Assembly (NCBI GenBank): GCA_934525675.1
Contig: CAKSZH010000004.1
Coordinates: 91,905-155,904 of the forward strand
Length of the DNA: 64,000 bases
From: an uncultured Eubacteriales bacterium
GTDB lineage: Bacteria > Bacillota > Clostridia > Oscillospirales > CAG-272
Direction of reading: 5' to 3'
Position numbers and translations under genes: made by a program. Under the pieces are notes generated by a model. It had not been told where the DNA came from and made no database searches. It was given only the letters and a program-made list of their open reading frames with translations. Shown in pieces: positions 62,401-64,000 of the stretch (the stretch's first letter is position 1; every line of letters starts with the position of its first letter).

Positions 62401-63524
62401 TCTCGACACTCGGCATCGACGTGACCGTTACGGACGCGATCGGGGACCGGGAAAGCACCTATGCGCTCCTGGAGAGCGGAAGGATCGGATATATCGTTTA
62501 CACGGGTGCGCTTCAGGATTCGACGCTGGACGATTACATCGCGCTCCATCGCCGCGCACTGCGCCTGTCCATCCCGTGCCTGACCTCGCTCGATACGGCG
62601 AACGCGCTCGCGGATATGCTCGCAAGCCGCTATACACCGTACAACACCGAGCTGATCGACATCAACCGGATGCGGGCGGCGCGCGAGAAACTGCACTTCT
62701 CCAAAATGCAGGGGTGCGGCGATGACTACATCTTCATCGAAAACTTTGACGGGAGAATCACCTCGCCGGAGTCGCTTTGCGTGAATCTTTGCCGCGCACA
62801 TTACGGCGTGGGGGCGGACGGGATCGTATTGATTGAAAAATCGGCGGTCGCAGACGCGAAGATGCGGATCTTCAACCGCGACGGAAGCGAAGGAAAAATG
62901 GCGGGCAACGCCATCCGGTCGGTCGGCAAGTACCTCTATGACAACGGCTATGTGACCTCCGACTGCCTGACGGTGGAAACGGGAAGCGGTATCCGTAACC
63001 TGACGCTATATACGAGCGGCGGCAAGGTCAGCTATGTGACGGTGGACATGGGACGGGTGGAGTTTTCCGCCCGGGCGCTTCCGACCACGCTTGACGGCGA
63101 CCGGATCATCGACCGCCCGCTTACGGTGGGCGGCAGGGAATACCATGTCACCTGCCTTTCGGTCGGCAACCCGCATTGCGTGGTGTTCTGCGACCGTGTG
63201 GATGCTGTGGAGGTCCCCATTGTCGGACCGCTCTTTGAATCGGCGCCCGAATTTCCGGAACGCATCAACACCGAGTTTGTCCGCGTGGTCAATCCGACGA
63301 CGCTCAGGATGCGCGTCTGGGAGAGAGGCAACGGCGAGACCTGGGCGTGCGGAACCGGTGCCTGCGCCGCGGTCGCGGCGGCAATCGCAAACGGGTATTG
63401 CAGGGAGGGAAGCGACGTGACTGTCAAGGTGCGCGGCGGTGATCTGGTCGTCCGCGTGGACGGCGACCGCGTGACGCTCTCGGGCGACACCCACCTCGTC
63501 TATGACGGCGTGCTGGAATACTGA
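59487..63524 (+). CDS. carB: carbamoyl-phosphate synthase large subunit fused in frame to a C-terminal DapF-like (diaminopimelate epimerase fold) domain
   Basis: Residues 1 to about 1061 form a full CarB (two ATP-grasp halves, oligomerisation domain, MGS-like domain). The frame continues without a stop into ...MRAAREKLHFSKMQGCGDDYIFIE...GETWACGTGA..., about 284 aa from nt 62670. Confidence 0.9.
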   Translation: MPIDTSVRKTLVIGSGPIVIGQAAEFDYAGAQACRVLKEAGVNVVLVNSNPATIMTDRVMADEIYLEPLTEETVGRIIEKEKPDSLLAGLGGQTGLTLAMKLYEKGFLQSHGVRLIGTNVDAIERAEDRERFKETMEQIGEPVIPSDIAEDVETAVRVAERIGYPVIIRPAYTLGGAGGGVAYTEEELRIAAHTGLEASPITQILVEKYIFGWKEIEFEVMRDAIGNVIAVCSMENLDPVGIHTGDSIVVAPTLTLSDKEYQMLRSASLNIITALGIVGGCNCQFALNPDSFEYAVIEVNPRVSRSSALASKATGYPIAKMTAKIALGYTLDEIRNDITGKTCACFEPTLDYVVVKVPKWPFDKFAGASRRLGTQMKATGEVMAIAPSFEAALLKAIRGAEISLDTLNAPPVSSAPLTERLATPDDRRIFTVFEAIRSGISVEEIHEITRIDRWFLEKLKKLAGFEASLAADGLTDVLYERGKQLGYPDAALLRLSGAEKIPSPRHAVYKMVDTCGAEFDAETPYFYATYDRVCESCAFPRSGKPVVIVLGSGPIRIGQGIEFDYSSVHSVMTLKKLGYDVVIINNNPETVSTDYDTADRLYFEPLTPEDVMNVIRVEHPVGVVVAFGGQTAIKLTGYLDKAGIPILGTSADGIDLAEDRERFDELLEGFGIRRPKGMGVRTLEEALAAADTLGYPVLLRPSYVIGGQNMQIVHNEREVRRYMERILAGGIENPVLVDQYLPGKELEVDVISDGEDVLIPGIMQHIERAGVHSGDSIAVYPPYSINDRMISVIADSSKKLALALGTKGLVNIQYLIYGGELYVIEVNPRASRTVPYISKVTGVPMVDIASRVMLGEKLSTIGCGTGLYPVPPYCAVKVPVFSFEKLTDANSYLGPEMKSTGEVLGIGKDLGEALFKGLLSAGMILPPAHRGEKVGFFVSVDEHDMGEVVSLAKKLDDLGFLLFATRDTAAAISTLGIDVTVTDAIGDRESTYALLESGRIGYIVYTGALQDSTLDDYIALHRRALRLSIPCLTSLDTANALADMLASRYTPYNTELIDINRMRAAREKLHFSKMQGCGDDYIFIENFDGRITSPESLCVNLCRAHYGVGADGIVLIEKSAVADAKMRIFNRDGSEGKMAGNAIRSVGKYLYDNGYVTSDCLTVETGSGIRNLTLYTSGGKVSYVTVDMGRVEFSARALPTTLDGDRIIDRPLTVGGREYHVTCLSVGNPHCVVFCDRVDAVEVPIVGPLFESAPEFPERINTEFVRVVNPTTLRMRVWERGNGETWACGTGACAAVAAAIANGYCREGSDVTVKVRGGDLVVRVDGDRVTLSGDTHLVYDGVLEY

Positions 63525-63554
63525 CGTGCCGTGTGCGAATTTCGGGGAAACCTA

Positions 63555-63583
63555 TTGCGAAAACGCCCCGGATCAGGTATAAT
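63555..63583 (+). promoter_or_regulatory. sigma-A promoter downstream of carB
   Basis: TTGCGA, 17-nt spacer, TATAAT. Confidence 0.65.
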
Positions 63584-63611
63584 ATAGGCAGAACGACTGC
63601 CGTAAGGAATC

Positions 63612-63637
63612 AACCCCGGCGTCATGCCGGGGTTTTT
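63612..63637 (+). terminator. intrinsic terminator; ends the arg/car operon and/or a short transcript from the adjacent promoter
   Basis: AACCCCGGC / GTCAT / GCCGGGGTTTTT. Confidence 0.8.
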
Positions 63638-63643
63638 CGTAAC

Positions 63644-63700
63644 ATCTCCCGCAAGGGTGGGTGCGAAAACGTATCAGAAGAAATCTCCCGCAAGGGCGGG
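63644..63700 (+). repeat. two copies of an 18-nt hairpin-forming direct repeat in the lepA leader
   Basis: ATCTCCCGCAAGGGTGGG (63644-63661) and ATCTCCCGCAAGGGCGGG (63683-63700). Each folds as a TCCCGC/G(C/T)GGG(A/T) stem. Confidence 0.7.
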
Positions 63701-63719
63701 ATACCAAGGAGAAGATTTC

Positions 63720-64000
63720 ATGCCGAAAACAGAGAGACAGGCGCACATCCGCAACTTTTCCATCATCGCGCACATCGATCACGGAAAATCCACGCTTGCC
63801 GACCGGATCCTGGAAGCGACGCGCACGGTCGAAAAGCGCGAAATGGAGGATCAGGTGCTTGACAATATGGATCTGGAGCGCGAGCGGGGCATCACCATCA
63901 AGGCGCGCGCGGTCAAGATCGACTACACCGCCCCCGACGGGGAAAACTATGTGCTCAACCTGATCGACACCCCCGGTCATGTGGACTTCAATTACGAGGT
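63720..64000 (+). CDS. lepA: elongation factor 4 (LepA), N-terminal fragment running off the window
   Basis: Not in the ORF track because it has no stop in the window. [38 protein letters not shown]...DTPGHVDF (G1 and G3 GTPase motifs). Confidence 0.93.
   Translation, partial: MPKTERQAHIRNFSIIAHIDHGKSTLADRILEATRTVEKREMEDQVLDNMDLERERGITIKARAVKIDYTAPDGENYVLNLIDTPGHVDFNYE

Noticed and set aside
60693-62801. 702-aa minus-strand ORF
   Set aside because: It is antisense to carB, whose identity is unambiguous. It is a shadow ORF. The same reasoning applies to 18957-20732, 20960-22396, 23438-25159, 40030-41487, 42179-43585, 53838-55268, 15029-16321, 2702-4018 and 17739-18905.
63590-63640. Guanidine-II (mini-ykkC)-like or preQ1-like riboswitch in the lepA upstream RNA
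   Set aside because: The first hairpin loop contains ACGA but as a 5-nt AACGA loop. The second hairpin is a plain terminator without an ACGR loop. The gene context (lepA) does not fit either class.
63661-63963. 100-aa ORF near the right edge
   Set aside because: It is out of frame with, and overlapped by, the unmistakable lepA reading frame starting at 63720.

Overview
GC-rich chromosomal segment that looks like a gut anaerobe of the Clostridia, possibly Oscillospiraceae-like; this taxonomic guess rests only on protein families and codon style. All calls were made by hand from the sequence and the ORF track. No database, HMM or RNA-folding search was run, so family names rest on recognised motifs. 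About 56 protein genes, 5 tRNAs, and many sigma-A-type promoters and intrinsic terminators can be supported. No transposase, integrase, cas gene or CRISPR array is visible. Left to right: sialidase fragment and esterase, tRNA-Leu, ansA, galT, aroK. Then a DUF308-MMPL-microprotein-YhgE/Pip-like operon with a TetR gene, tRNA-Gly, pfkA, cinA/mscS, and two radical-SAM genes including ygiQ. Then GH36, a GH73-like wall hydrolase, fucI/fucU, and a pepP-plsY-methyltransferase operon. A tRNA-Gly/Arg/His cluster is followed by a WYL regulator divergent from a small two-gene cassette and a PadR-DUF1700-DUF4097 module. Next come an SGNH-MBOAT-DHHW O-acylation cluster, a two-component system next to a lipoprotein serpin, tepA, and pduL plus a NifU-like/GGGtGRT pair. 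The window ends with an ArgR-boxed arginine supercluster (argG, argCJBDF, carA, carB) and the start of lepA. Most interesting, in my judgement: (1) the WYL-controlled cassette of a 2-TM microprotein and a nucleoside-deoxyribosyltransferase-like protein beside the tRNA cluster; (2) the PduL / dead-SGNH / NifU-like / GGGtGRT operon of unknown function behind a long structured leader; (3) CarB fused in frame to a DapF-like domain whose first catalytic Cys is Ala; (4) a 36-37-nt tandem repeat array in a long terminator-bounded tail of aroK; (5) a GC-rich extended-hairpin repeat family with compensatory substitutions between copies; (6) an untracked 29-codon Cys-rich micro-ORF. None of these can be proven novel from sequence alone.
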